A stretch of 64,000 nucleotides of DNA from assembly GCA_040954595.2 (NCBI GenBank), contig CM082581.2, forward strand, positions 4,890,699-4,954,698, in the 5' to 3' direction. Position numbers and translations under genes: made by a program. Origin of the DNA: Balanoglossus misakiensis. Its lineage: Eukaryota > Animalia > Hemichordata. A model generated the notes under the pieces. That model worked only from the letters and a program-made list of their open reading frames with translations, made no database searches and had not been told where the DNA came from. Shown one piece after another: positions 13,101-27,000 of the stretch (positions within the stretch are counted from its first letter, which is position 1; every line of letters starts with the position of its first letter).

Positions 13101-15236
13101 ATATACATGTACTGTCCAAGATTGAAATAAGCAAATGTTTGTTAGTTCATGAAATATGGGTTCTCGTTTGTTTTTGTTTTTCAGGTTTAAGCAGTTCGCT
13201 GTCCACAGATCCCAAGAAGTTATGTACCCTGCATGGTGTGTTGATGATGCAAGACCACGTAAGTAGTCTTGAGTAGCCGGTCAGAAGTTGAACATTGCAT
13301 GCGTAAATCATGTCGAAATGTCGAAATTCTGGTTTTATGTCATTTTCACTAGAGCCTATATCAACAAGTTCCAATCAATTTGCTTGCAATATGTCTGATA
13401 TGGAAGAGGATTTATTGATTGTTTACACTTTTTTTTCTCGGTACTGTCACACTGCCGAACAATTTTAGGGTTATCAGTTAACATTTATGGTAACATTGTG
13501 GTCTAAAAATTACACAGGTACACAGGGAGACTCGCTCGCTTGCTAATAATTCAAAATTTAACCAGATTAAGACTTTTGGATAATGATTGAAACTGTTAGC
13601 CGACCTGATTAAAACTGTTTTCAACGTCAATTTTATGACTGCTCTCATCAGCCACTTTGCACCAGTACACTGGAAGGGATTATTGCATAGCATTCATCGC
13701 AATTTTCTCTTTGTAATAGTCTTCAATATATGTGCTCTGAGTTTGGGTGCAATCATTAGGGAAATGCTGTGTATCATTAAAGCTGGACAGATCAAAGTGT
13801 ACACTACATAAAAGTCACATTTTTTGTGTGTGAATTAACTATCAATGTTATTTCCGCTTAGAATAAATCATTGACTCAAATGTTGTATAAATAGTCATTC
13901 ACATCTGTTAATTTCTCTCAGCTATCAAAAGGTTTGACGTTATCTATTAAAAATAATTAACAATGCACCTTCTGTGTTTAATTTTGCTGATGAAAGATAG
14001 GCTTCCAGTGTTTTATAGGAATATAAAAAAAATGTTACAAGCTAGGTGGATTACCTGAGAGGAAGGGCGAGCCCCACCAATTTGTTGTTTCTTTTAAACA
14101 GTTATGTTCCCCTGACGTCATACTTGTTTGTTTACTAGCCTATATTTTCTGATGATATGATTTTCTGCTTATCAAAATTATACATGTTGCTGTATCTGTA
14201 GATATGTATTATCCTCAATGCTCTGACTCACAACTGCTGTACGTTAACTTTTTTTCATCCAAATCCAGGGAATGAAGTTAGTCGAACCAAGCCAAGCACT
14301 GAAGGAGTGCAGTGCATCGGAACACGACATCCGGTTTACGTCGACGGTTTCGTTGCCCCCTGTCAGCATGGATGCACTGTATAAGACGTTGAAACAGTAA
14401 GTCGCTGTCTGGTCCATTGAGCGGTGGCTTGTGGCTTGTTCTTGATGTTTAAGAGTGAATGCTATGACAGTGTCTTGTGTTCATAATTTCAAACCTTTGA
14501 TAGATTTTACTTTTTGCTATTTTTCAATTGGTTGACGAGTTAGTTGATGAGTATCCATTTGTTCTCTCTCTGTCTATTGCTATTTGTTTTTATTCATTAT
14601 TCACAGGAAGTTCACAGGCCACACAGTCCAACACACATCAGATGGCTCCCTGGTTGTGGATTCAGTTTTAATCAAAGTAAGTATATGTATATTGAATAAT
14701 CCAACAGTGCTGAAAAACCAAAAGGATTCTGCATGGTGTGTGTATCGAACTGCTTTCAAATTTTCTAATACTTACGTTACCATGAGAGTAAAATAACCGC
14801 AGAAAAAACATCGTGGCTATTCTTAGTTTTTTCCTGTGTTTCTCCATAGCCTATCCACACATTGTAGTTAAAGACACACAGTACCTCTCCGCCACTTGCA
14901 TAATTTTAGATTCTGTTTGTAATTTCTTTCCTCCAGACTGCTAATGAATCTGATGAAGGGACAGACGTGTTGGTGTCATGGCCATATCAGGTAATTATAA
15001 TTAATATTCATGCCTGTTTAGAAAATAAAATAAGAGTACTCGTAAAGATCGTAATTTCACAGGAGATGTAATTTCCAGATGATTTACAGATAAAGCTCGT
15101 TTTATCAACCTATGCCCATTTCATATGTGCACTCATTCAAGCCAACCTTTGTGAATTACTTTTCCAGGATGAAGAGCTGGGAAGTTCCTTGTTTTCCATG
15201 CTCCAAAGCAGATTTCTGAACACAGATTCCCAGTGA
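7199..15236 (+). CDS. INTS11: Integrator complex subunit 11 (CPSF3L), metallo-beta-lactamase/beta-CASP endonuclease
   Basis: 22 coding exons splice in frame: [10 protein letters not shown]|AGQ|[30 protein letters not shown] (HxHxDH), [65 protein letters not shown]. Stop TGA at 15234-15236; AATAAA at 16292. Confidence 0.97.
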
Positions 15237-17204
15237 AATTATCGGCAGTATCTGTGGAATGGAGGAGAGCTGTGTGTGGAGGGACAGACAGGGGAATACA
15301 TTCTGAGGACCAAAGAAGATGTAATGCTCATCGTAATACTGATTCCGTGCCTGATGGAGATGTCTGATATAGTCAAGCGTTCCCGCATCCCTGTTTAGTT
15401 GCCAAGAGATGAAGGAAGAAAATCCTGTCTGTATTTTAGTGACAGAAAACACCATGAACTGAGGAAACTAACAGTTTGATGATCAACACTTGATCATTCA
15501 TATGTTCTAGGCACTGTGCTTAGTTTATCTTGACACAGACATCTTCGTTTCAACAGGAAACTGCCCTAGACAACCCTTAGTGACGGTTGCCGTGGCGTGC
15601 TCTCCAAATTTCAATTGATTTCCAGCCTGTCTAGACACAGAACCTCAAACAGTTCAACGAATATGCAGATGGCGTGTAACCTGCCATTAATAATTCTTGT
15701 AAACTCTGTCACACTAACCTGCTCCCCATTTAATATTCAATATTATTTTTAGTGCAGATTGCTGTTCCGTTTTGTGTGAAATTTCATGAGGTCATTCCTC
15801 AGTTACCTAGTATTTAATATGGTGAATTACCATAACTTACTGGAGGTAATTTTTGTCAACATTAATCCGCTGACTGTTACAGAATTACATCATAGGATGT
15901 GTGTGGGACGACCTTTCAGACAGAAATACCTCTGCCAGCATTGTATCTCAGAAAGCAATTTATATATAACGTACTAGCAACATAATGGATGCGTTTCCCA
16001 AAATACACGCACTGGAACAGTGACACAGCATATTGCTCGAATACTGAGTGATCGGGTCAGCAAAACAGAAACAAAGTAAAGGATTTCTAAAGTAATGGTT
16101 TGTCCAGTGTGTGACTGTTCACACACTGGACCGAACTTTGAGTATTCATTTCAAAAGCTGACATGACAAGATTTTCACTTTTATATGCAAAAGAACATTT
16201 ATAATTTTATGCCAGTGTTTCTTCATTAGCGTACAGTTGTGATTATTTTGCATCAAAAACATCATGTGAATGGAATTTGTTTCAAAGAACAAATAAAAGT
16301 TTAACTGTTCTGATTTTATATGTGTGGTGATATTGAATCAAGCATAGGCTACTGGTATGTACCTGCTGTTATAAATGACCTATTATAGGAAGCATTTGAA
16401 ATCATAAACTGAAGAATTTTATGATGTGTCATGAAAGAATGCTTCACAGTTCCCAATTAGTGACTGTTACTCAGAAAAAAAATGAAAGTGAAAGTTGACT
16501 AAAAAATCGGATGTGGGTGAATACCCTCCATCACCAGAGAATTCATAGATGTTAACCATATGCAGACATTGAATGTTGGCCAACTTCACTTTAAACTATT
16601 TACCATCAACTCCCGCTCATCTATTTTGGGATATGCTCATTTACTTTTTGCTGTGTCATGCATGGCAAAATGGTAGAAAACAATCGAAACTGCAATATTT
16701 CTTATGTATAAATGGCTACCTGCCCACCAATACAAGTTATATGCCAGAAACACAATAGAAATGTTGCGTTTACCAGGTGAGTAAGCAAAAAGTAAATGAG
16801 CGTGTCCTAAAATAGATGAGGGGGTGTTCATCTTTGATTATATTCACTTATGGAGAGCTTTTGTGCTGGTTCTACGGACAGAAGTGTATTACTCCGCCTG
16901 ACTACAGTTATGCTAGCTTTGTTATACTACATTCTATTCTCTTCTGTTCTGTTCTGTTCTGTTCTACCAGTATAGATAAAGCCAAAAGACACACCAGGTG
17001 AATTGTGGGAAATTTTATTGAACACCTTTGATCGAAATGAAACAATTTCTGGATATGCTTCAGCTGAGGACATGGCATGGTTCTACATGTACCACAGCCT
17101 ACATGCGTGCGTCCGGGCAGAACTTTAAAGCTATGAACGTAGCATATGGCAGTGTAAACTTCTTTCTCTTGAGATACTACATGACGGCTGCAGGTTGACC
17201 GTGG

Positions 17205-20200
17205 TCAGTTGCTGCTGACAAGATATAAACCCATGTAAGTGGACTCCTGACGGCAGTCCAACTTGACCTCCTCGCTTGCCAGGTACACCTTCATATAAAT
17301 CTTGTCTCCCTCGCGAAGTTTGAACACTCCGGCGTGGAAACTGCTATAGTAGTACTCGGTGTTGTCCTTGCCACTTTTGGTGCGCCCACTTTTCATCAGA
17401 TTGATCGGCTGTGCAGAGTACGCTGTGCTTTCTGTGGGGGATACAACATAGCAGCCAGATAAGAAGATTGAAGTATATGCTAAAGTGGCGGCTTTTGGGG
17501 GCTTGAGTTTGCTGCACTTTTTATTTTCCATTATTTCATATTGATTTGTGCCATTTTGACCGAAATCAGTAATATGTATTGTCAGTGTTTAATATTTGGG
17601 TGACACTGGCTTTTGGTACGTTAATTCTTGCAGACAAATTACCTTCAGATTGGCACTGTCGCTTTTCTTGCATAAGACTGCAAAAGGGGCGATTGTTAGT
17701 GCATAAGATAAAGAAGGAATGAGGCCTACCTAGTACTGTGTAATGCAAGTACTCTGTAATTTGAGACTTCACTCTGGACGTGTCCTCTCGTTCATCTCTG
17801 AAGTAAGCCTAAATACATCCCAAAATATATTGAAATGTTTCATCAGGAACTGGTCCGTTTCTTCAACAGGGGAGGGGGTCAGTGGCGTAAGGAGAGGTCA
17901 GTAATGCGACGTGGGTCTTAATCCAGAACGGTGCGCATGAAAAATGTAAAACTGTTTCGTTTTTGCAAGGTACAGCACCCGATATTACGAATCGGTAAAA
18001 TAGACTCCTTCACATTTTGTAATGTTGCCACTTATTTCGTTTGCATTTGAGATTTAGTGATAAACCGGTCGGTAAAACGATTAACCCAAACACAATAAAA
18101 AAGTTCGATTTCGTACCTGTGAATATACGTAGTATAACCCCGTTTTGGGAATGATGATATTGAAGTCGTCAATACCAACGTGTACACTGAAGGCTTCTCC
18201 ATAAATAGATTCCCAGGGTCCAACTTTCACCTTACCTCTCTCATTCTGGAGTTTCTTACCTAAAAACAAACAAACAAACACATATATACGGAAGTTAGCC
18301 ACATTCTAAACTTGTTCGACTTTTTTGTTGTATTTTTCTTTGAGCAGAAAATATTTCTCTTGTTTTTACGCACATTATGTTTAATTGCATACAAGAACTG
18401 TTTTTACAGGAATTTCACGTGGTATTCAATACGCGATGACGAGGGTTTTTTTATACAAAAAACATGCCCAGATTGAGAGATGTCTCAATATATTTCACAT
18501 TTGAAACTGAAGTGTTTTCTGTATCATGCCTGTCATAAATGAGGTATATGTCAATAGGCAGTTATTTTTATCTTTGTACTCAGAAATCGTTATTAGACTC
18601 GACTGCATGACATAACTTCATGACATATATGCTCAAATTTCAGCGTTTTACCAATTTGAAATCACTTGGCGTTTTGTCTCAGATGGAGAAAACTTTGCAT
18701 TGGGGTTGGGGTTGAATTAGGATGGTTAGGGTTACCCCGAAATATTCATTTTTTTCGGTTCCAGATGAAGGGAATTTTGTGAACATTTTATTCGACCAAC
18801 CAATACAGTATTGTGAGGACTGCAAAATTTGCGTACCAGCTTTCCCGGAACTTCGGGATACCTCGTATTACTCGGGCAGCACAGCTGAGTTATTTAATCG
18901 GTCTCATAGCCTCGGTTACCCAGAGCCCCCTGCTTCTTCCGTTGGGCACTCCAGAAAGAGGAGCGTCCAACGGAAGAAGCAGAGGGCTCTGGGTAACCGA
19001 AACTAATCGGTCTCAATGTTTTGAGATATTACTGGTACAAAACAAAAGAGTCGGTAATGATTCGAATGTAGACATGACGCAAGAGTCTGGCGGCTTTCAG
19101 CTCGATGACTCATTCACCATAAATGGAATCTAAAATTTACAACACGTTCACCGCGGAAGCACCTGCGACACCTAAACTATAGTCTGACATTTCTCTTGGA
19201 CTGTGCATAAATATCAAATGTAACATTAGTTAAAAAAACAATCAAATTGAAATGATTTCAAAACAATGTTCATGTTATTTTGGCAAGAAAAAATCCTGAC
19301 TGATGGAATTCTATAAAAAGTAGTACAAATCATAAAATTAAGGAAAATGCGTATTATGTACATGTACATCAGGTATAAAAGCCTTTCTGATTTTCAACAT
19401 CATGTTGAACTGAAAGGGGCGATTCGGGAAGACTTTCACATTGAGGAGTGACTGAGGTGACAAAAAGTACCAATTTGAAAATATCGTAATTTACATCAAT
19501 CTAAATGTGCTTCCACTGAGAGCAAACCAAGTACATTGTACCCAAAGCAATGATTGGGTTGGCGTTGCTAAACCTTGAATTGTTATTGCGGCGTATTGTG
19601 GTGGTCATAAATCTGCTGTCATAAACTAATTATAACAGTTGTTTTTTGTTTCGAATGTTGACGACTTAGCCACGTATTATTGAAAGAAATGTTCGAAACC
19701 ACAGTAAAGCTGAACAAACAACTGCCAAAAATCAACTTCCGAAAATAACGCACGATATTGCACACTCAGTTAACTCGGTTTGAAAATCTTATCAGTTGAA
19801 TGCAGCTGTCTGACGAGAGTAGTGGGAAACAATTGTTAGTACTGATATCGTTTAGGTTTGAAAAGGAAAAAATTTGGACGGTTTACCACACAAAAAACAT
19901 AATTGTCGCTTCGCACAATCATTGGTCATTTTTACTGATACATGTATGTCCAGCACTTCTGTTCCACTTCTCGAAAGCCGAACTGAGGTCGGCTGATTTC
20001 ATTTCAAAACCCAATGACACATTATGGTTGGAATGTACATGTAATAGAAAAAAATAGGAAGTTACTAAATAGGAATCGTGAAGTTTCAACAGGGAACTTA
20101 ACGATGTACTATAAATCTTTCATTTACGCATGTAAAGTATCGATTCGAACTTTTGGTCCTGATTAATTACCGTAACGGGTACCACGTGCACGCGCTTTAA

Positions 20201-22722
20201 CATTTAATCAAAACTTATAAAGAATTTTAATCAAAAGCTTGGCCTTAGCTATACTACATTTTTTTTTTACAAAAATCATGAATTCTTACTTGCAAAGAAA
20301 CCCAGAGGTCCGCTTGTCAGATGAACGGCAACTGGAAAAACCAACGGAGACAGCTTTCGTGTTTGAGTATGGTTTATATTAACCATACTTTCCACCAGTC
20401 TCTCTACCGCACCAAGCGTCATACCTATATACAATATGATTGGAATTAGTGAAATATTCATAAATGCTCTTTCAATGTACAATGTATATACATTAACTGA
20501 GTATAACGGAACAAGTCAGGCTTAAGGCCTAGTGGTCAACTTGAGGAGAAAATATTTAATATTATTCACAGGGAATTCAACCTGTCAATGAAAAGAAATT
20601 GTCTTTTCTGAAGCTTATATTACGAAACGACACGATTTTTACTTTATTTGTCGCAAAACTGGAAGACTTTCGTTTTAACTTGACTCCACTTGCTGATATT
20701 AAGGATTAATTTAGCTCCATTCACGTTTCATCATCTTTGGCATGCTAGTTGTTTTACAAAATACAATCAGCCGACCAGGCTATATTTAGTCTACTTAATA
20801 GACACGTCAGCGAATTCCACTGAGGTGTAACGTAAGTATTTGAAAGAATGTAAACGTGTCATGATGTCAGACTTGTATTCATATTACTGCCTCCGTGCTA
20901 CTTTCGTTTCATAACTGAAAGTTACTTATACCACAGACGCAAGCAAACAGAAGATTTTCCAGACGTCGCGTGACCAGTCTAGACATTTATCTTATTAAAT
21001 GTTGATACCATTTAAAGTTATCGATTATGGGTGTAACCTTCTATATCGAGTTTTGTTTTGTTTTTGTTTTTTTGTCTAGATTTCACCTTGGGTTGAAGTT
21101 TTGGTATTGGAACAGGAGAGATTTTTATGGTGGGATGGCAAACAAAGTCTCTCGACCGTCGGAGTTTGCGAGTTTACCTGTGCAGAACACTCAAGTCAAA
21201 TTTGCAAAAGAATGCCATCGACCTCAAAGAAGTCGGGTATTTGAGAAAAACAAGAAGTCCTTTGTGTACAAAATCTCCACGGGAAAACCCAACATACAGC
21301 ATGTGTATGGCCGCGATAACAAGTATCTGTACAGCAAATCTCTTGAATGGGAGGTGTACTGTGTTAACGTTCTTCTGACCTTGGCTTTGCTTGTTTCTAT
21401 GTCGTATTTCTTCCCAAACCATCTTCAGCAGCATCTATAAAAAATCAAATAAAATCGCGACGATTAATTGATTACAGGGGTCGATACTAATGTGACCCCT
21501 CAGTGACACTCGTCTTGACGTGTACAATTTTTTTCTCTCCAAAATAAAGCATTAGAAAACAGTGTAAAACATCCCGCACAATTCGATGCTACACTCAGAA
21601 TGGAGACTAGTCTTTCATACAGCTGACTGTAACGTACGTGTCTTGATTCAACCTTTTCATTTTCGGGCCGATACCAAGCGATCAATGTATGAGACAAGTG
21701 TTCATTGAAAAATAGACTCATTTTAATATAAACGTATTGCTGGCCTGTTTTGAGGCGGTGGCTGAGTGAAATGTTAAAAATCAATACTAAATATTGGCAT
21801 GCACATTTGAAGCCAGTACGTCTTTAAGGACGAGCCACATCAGTGATCAAATGATGATAAGCAAACAAATGTATGTGAAGTACACGCAAACATTTCAGTA
21901 CAAAAGTAGTTTTTTTTCTTATATTAGTCTGCATTGATGCAAAGATGTGTTTCATATATCGCAAGTTAAGTATCTCTGATTGCACCACGCTCAGAAGGAC
22001 TAATCAGAATTGTTAACAGAATTTATCGCTGTTGGCCTATATCACACGTGGAGTGACCGTTAAGTGTGACCTACTTGTGACTAGGACCTATGTTCACCTT
22101 TTGCCAAAACAGGAAGCTACTAACAAAAGATGTGAAAGATGTGTTTTGTTCCTTCTTTCATGACGTAAACACATGGCGGGGGCCCTTGTGCGATACTCGA
22201 AATTCAAATCAACGCTGAAGAACTAGCACGGCCAGGTGTTCGTGAAACGTCTGTCGAAGCCAATAGGCCTATTAGCTTACACACAATATTGGCCTCTTTC
22301 GGTTCCACATGGTGAGGGGGAATAAAGGTCATATTTTCATTATTTACCATTTTGAACTGTTGCTGGTCAGAAACACACCACTCTGACAGACCTGTACTTG
22401 AACCATCCTGTTCTCTATCACTACCACCATGGAGACTGCAGTCTGTACATCGCCAACTCACATCACTGCCGTTGACTGCAACGATGGAGGTTCCACGCTG
22501 TGTCTTCATCGGACGAGATCCAATCGTTTGTCGCCCACTCATCTCCTGAATCATAATCTCGAGCTCTCTGACATCTTCTCGGAAACGAAGAACGACGGTA
22601 CCGATAATGAACGGGTAGACGATCAGAATAACCAGGGTCTGTATCGCCAGAACGAAAATAATCGCCGTGGACGAATTCTTTGTAGGGAATTCGCTGCGTC
22701 CGAGTACCTTGTAATAAACCAT
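17205..22722 (-). CDS. TNF superfamily ligand (type II membrane protein, TRAIL/RANKL-like TNF homology domain)
   Basis: Exon 1 (22348-22722) has an N-terminal TM helix (AIIFVLAIQTLVILIVYPFIIGTVVL). Later exons 20290-20424 (PVAVHLT), ~18117-18259 (WE..IIIPKTGLYYVYSQ), ~17729-17808 (AYF..YLHY) and 17205-~17431 (LMKS..YSSFHAGVFKLREGDKI..TYMGLYLV) form a canonical TNF homology domain. The exon 1-2 junction is ambiguous. AATAAA on the minus strand at 17014-17019. Confidence 0.9.
18907..19005. mobile_element. Palindromic MITE with TAG...CTA termini and a 10-bp TSD
   Basis: Arms TAGCCTCGGTTACCCAGAGCCCCCTGCTTCTTCCGTTGG / CCAACGGAAGAAGCAGAGGGCTCTGGGTAACCGAAACTA. Direct repeat ATCGGTCTCA at 18897-18906 and 19006-19015. 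Confidence 0.88.
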
Positions 22723-22931
22723 GTTTTCTGCTTCAAAAATACAGATCTAAGTTTTCACATTATACAAATAAACAATCGATGAAGAATTGCCTCGAGTATG
22801 AGGCAGTTCAATTAGATGCTTCCATTTCAAAGGCTGAATTCGTTTGAGAACCTTAACCCAGACTGACCAGCTGCAATTCTAGGAATAGGGCCTATACAAA
22901 CAAAGCACGCACTGCACCACGGTACAGGTGA

Positions 22932-22990
22932 TTACCCAGAAAGAGGAGTGGCCAACGGAAGAAGCAGAAGGGGCTGGGTAACCGAGGCTA
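22932..22990. mobile_element. Deleted copy of the 18907 MITE, just upstream of the TNF gene
   Basis: CCAGAAAGAGGAGTGGCCAACGGAAGAAGCAGAAGGGGCTGGGTAACCGAGGCTA matches the loop and right arm of 18907-19005. Confidence 0.8.
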
Positions 22991-24093
22991 GCAGGTGCTT
23001 ACCCTCATATTCTATTGGCAAACACTCAAATTTTCAAAATGCTGTTTTCTTTTTCTGGGTTTTTGTTTTGAAAGTGAAACCATGGCCCCAATAATCATAA
23101 AGCTGTTTTTTCACACTGATGTCACGTCTGGGGGTTAACTCCCGGTTACATACTAGTATTCTTAAGTCAGTCTCTGATGATGTGTTGACTACCACGTGTA
23201 CCAACAAATGTCAAAACGGCAGTAAATTCACCTACCAAACCTTACATACCAGAAAATCTAGGGAAATGCCAGGACCACTGCAAAATCTTGCAGTTTCTTC
23301 ATAATGAATTCTGCTTGGTACGTGATAAAACTGTACAATACCCATCTACAATGTTCGTGTACGTCATACGGCACTCCTTGAGGGTGTGATTATTGCCGTC
23401 AATTTTATGCATAGACTATGAGTAGTAGAATCCGAGCGAAAAGAAACCATAAGGTGATGAGGGCGCTCTAACTCAGATGGCTATTACCGAGTCCCCGACA
23501 GGGACCCGCACATGTCTAGCTAGTACTATTATTATATCGCTTTAAATAGTACCAAAACAAAACCGAATTTGCGAGATATAAACCTGAGAATTGGCCGTAA
23601 CTACGTGCAACTTAACAGCTTCATTGGATTATTTAATGCATGCGGCCTACATCTTTATATTCAGGTGTAAATGGATCGTGGCGCCATTGGACATTTGACT
23701 CACGTGGCAGGAGATATCATCACGTCAGCACACACTTTCTACATCATCAATATCATTACCTTTCAAGGCCAGAATGTCTAATTCGCTTATGAGTGTGCGA
23801 TGACACGGAACAGTGAAATAATTGCCTGTACTTCAGGTGGATGGCCCGATTACGTTGCCATTGTTTTCTGTTTTATATCAGAAATTAATTGGTTTTTTTC
23901 AGCTATACATGTTACTGTAATTGAGTTAATTTACTGGTAATGACTAGACAACGATTTATGTCACCACGAACTGCGCGCGTGGCAGCACAGTGTGTGCTCT
24001 TTGCAAGGTCTTGGACGATCTGCCGGGCTTAGCATTTATAGCATATACACGTATCAAACGTGACACTTTGTGGAACCAACGCTGCTGCTGAAA

Positions 24094-27000
24094 ATGCCTA
24101 CAAGAAAAGATCTCGGCCACGTTGCTTATGTTGCATTTGGTTTTGGCTTCATACTTATACTTGTGTGGGTAAGTGTTCTACATTACTAATGTCACAATAT
24201 AAAGGTCAAATATGAGTTTAAAGATCAATTAATCCAGAGCTCGGGAATGTCAATGTGGAGTAGATAGGGAGAGCTGGTTACAATGAAGTGTTTAACTGAT
24301 GACTGTTCTGTTTGTCAACCATCATCGAACTGGCTTCATTTTATAACGCTTTATGTAAATTGTACGTATAGAGTTGAATTGATGCCCAATGGAATTGCAA
24401 CACATTGTATTTGTCACATTTAACATGTTTAACCAAATTCCCCAATGTATGAACTGCAATATATCCAGCGGCAATACATGTTGGAGAATCCGGGGTAACA
24501 TTTTAAGATCAGGTTGTATTTCTGATAGACGAACACGATTAACCCCGGGTATTTTCGCAGCTGACACTTTGGATACTATGGTCAAAATTAAGAAAAACAG
24601 TGTTGTTGGGATGTTTTCGACCTTGCCCCGTAATAGTCAGATAATCCCACTCGATACTAAATTGTGTCTTACCTCAAAGGGCCCCAACCTCCTTACTAGT
24701 AATGTGTATTGACCATGGCTTGCGCATATGACCTAGTTAGGCGGCGGAGGTTCGTAGCGTCACATACTTGTGAATGCTGTACCCGTACATCTCAGTTTGT
24801 GCATCACAGCCGCCGAGTGCTCATTTTCGAAGATTTCTGCTTTATGACTGTCGGAGTATGGTATTTTGCCGGATTTTTGAGGCCACGTTCTCATCAATTT
24901 GTACGATCGATTTCTACCCTATCACGGACATTTTTCAGGGAAAAACAGGCCAAACCCGAAAATATGAGTCGAAAACAGACGATAGGGTTTTTTTCCGACC
25001 AGCTGAAAAACGGAATGAACGCTAGACTCTCTCACAGCCCCTCTCGCTGTCCGTGCAGGCTTATGGTCTGATTGCATGTGTACAACACCTAACGGTGCTT
25101 CTCCCTTGCCAAATGGTTGAGGGCGCGTCAGTGAAGAGCCTTGTTGTAGCGAACCGTGGGCTGTGAGACAGTCTAAATGAACGCAAGCATGGAGTTATTA
25201 GCTCCCTAATAGTATAATCCCCCTGGTAAACTAATTTACATGAAATACCACTGTGATTGACTTCAGAGAAAAGTGCTCTGCTTCAATTCCCGTGTGTTAC
25301 GTTACATCGATGTGTTTTGTTGCAGTGACATATAGATGGTAAAAAGACCGTATGACCTCCACCCCCCGGTAGACGGCGGGGTATTCCAAATATTTTTAAA
25401 CAGGGGTTGCGGCCCAAGTTCAGAAATCAAACCGACGACATATATTCTGTAATATAAGTGACCTAGTGTTAAGGATTTCAAATTTGGGTTTATCACGGGG
25501 AAGGGTGGTGCTATATTCAGTTCGTTTACCGTTCTGTGTATGCGAAGGTTTTCCAAAAACCATGAGACACTTTCTATGTTATAGACCGATGCTTCACTTT
25601 TTCGGTTGAAAAGAGGACCCACATTTGGGGTAGAACACATTTCTTTGAAGTACCCTCCCCCCCCCCCCCCCCTCCTCCAGTTACAACTGGACACCCTTTC
25701 TAGGTTTTGGGCAGTGTTACGTGTCACATGTTAAAATGCATCAAGATATACACATTGAACGGGGATCTGAGAGGTTTCGGCTAAACGAACTTTATTCTGT
25801 TATGCCATAGGTATATCATGCAGAGAGGCAATATCGTCAAATGGTGCATGTACCAGCTACTGAAGAACCGACGTTTGTGCTACACGAGAATCCGAACCTG
25901 AGGTCTTGGAACATCAGCATAGTCGAGCTGGGCAGCATGGGCGTCACCAACGCATTGAGGACGACGCTGTCTTTGCCAAGAAATACATCAGTTGTCCTCT
26001 ATGGCGATACGCTGAATGTTCGGGTGGACGCCAAGGATGACAACGGCAGACAGAGAGTACACGGAGGGGATTACTGGAGGGCCCTGCTCACCAGTGTGGC
26101 AGCTAACAGCAGCTGTAGCGTGTCTGGAAAGATCCGGGATTTTGACAATGGCACGTACCTTGCCAGCTTTCCTGTGAACTGCACGGGTGTGGCGTCTATG
26201 GAAATTTCTCTCGTGCACACCCGAGAGGCTGTTAGCTTCTTAGAACGGGAGTATTTGCCCTTCGAAGACAAAGTTAACTGGAAGGCATATTTTGGAACAG
26301 ACAAAGACAGTACCTCCACTTGCCGGCTTCGTCGTGAAGGTGTGTGGAGAGATAAATGCGAGTACCGAAATAGAGGGGGCCTTGGCAAAAGCCTTTTACT
26401 GTGTGATAGACCTAAGAAGAGTTCTTGTGCAAGCCTTCACCATTTGGAAGCTTCGATTCCTTCTCAATCGTTGCTCAGCTTTGTCAACAACCAGAAAGAT
26501 CTATTTAACAGGTAGGCGTGGGCAAGGTCAAATGATGGGTGGGGTGGCCCCCTCTTAAGGGGACACTCCACTACAGTTTGAATACAAATACGAGTATCTC
26601 TCATCAGGTAGTGTGTGTAATCTAGCTTTGATGACTAGAATATGTGGTGCATACATACATACATACATACATACATACATACATACATACATACATACAT
26701 ACATACATACATACATACATACATACATACATACATACATACATACATACATACATACATACATACATACATACATACATACATACATACATACATACAT
26801 ACATACATACATACATACATACATACATGTACATACAATAATGTTCATTTATACATAAAACCACAGATGCCAACAAATAGAACTATTTTATTTCCATTTC
26901 AGCAAACGAGAAATTGTTGCTGGGAAGCCAATAAAAATAAACATCACTGGTAAGTACACACGCGTAATGTTCGAAATAGCCAAAATACGGAACTTAGTTT

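Noticed and set aside
21027-21440. 137-aa ORF antisense within a TNF intron, and ORFs at 57526-57963 and 24709-25071
   Set aside because: No recognisable domain or splice context; consistent with chance or repeat-derived ORFs.
26555-26953. ORFs of MYVC/HTYI repeats (also at 39903-40572, 44924-45526 and 50198-50605)
   Set aside because: Translations of (TACA)n microsatellites inside introns. Only the short embedded true exons are coding.
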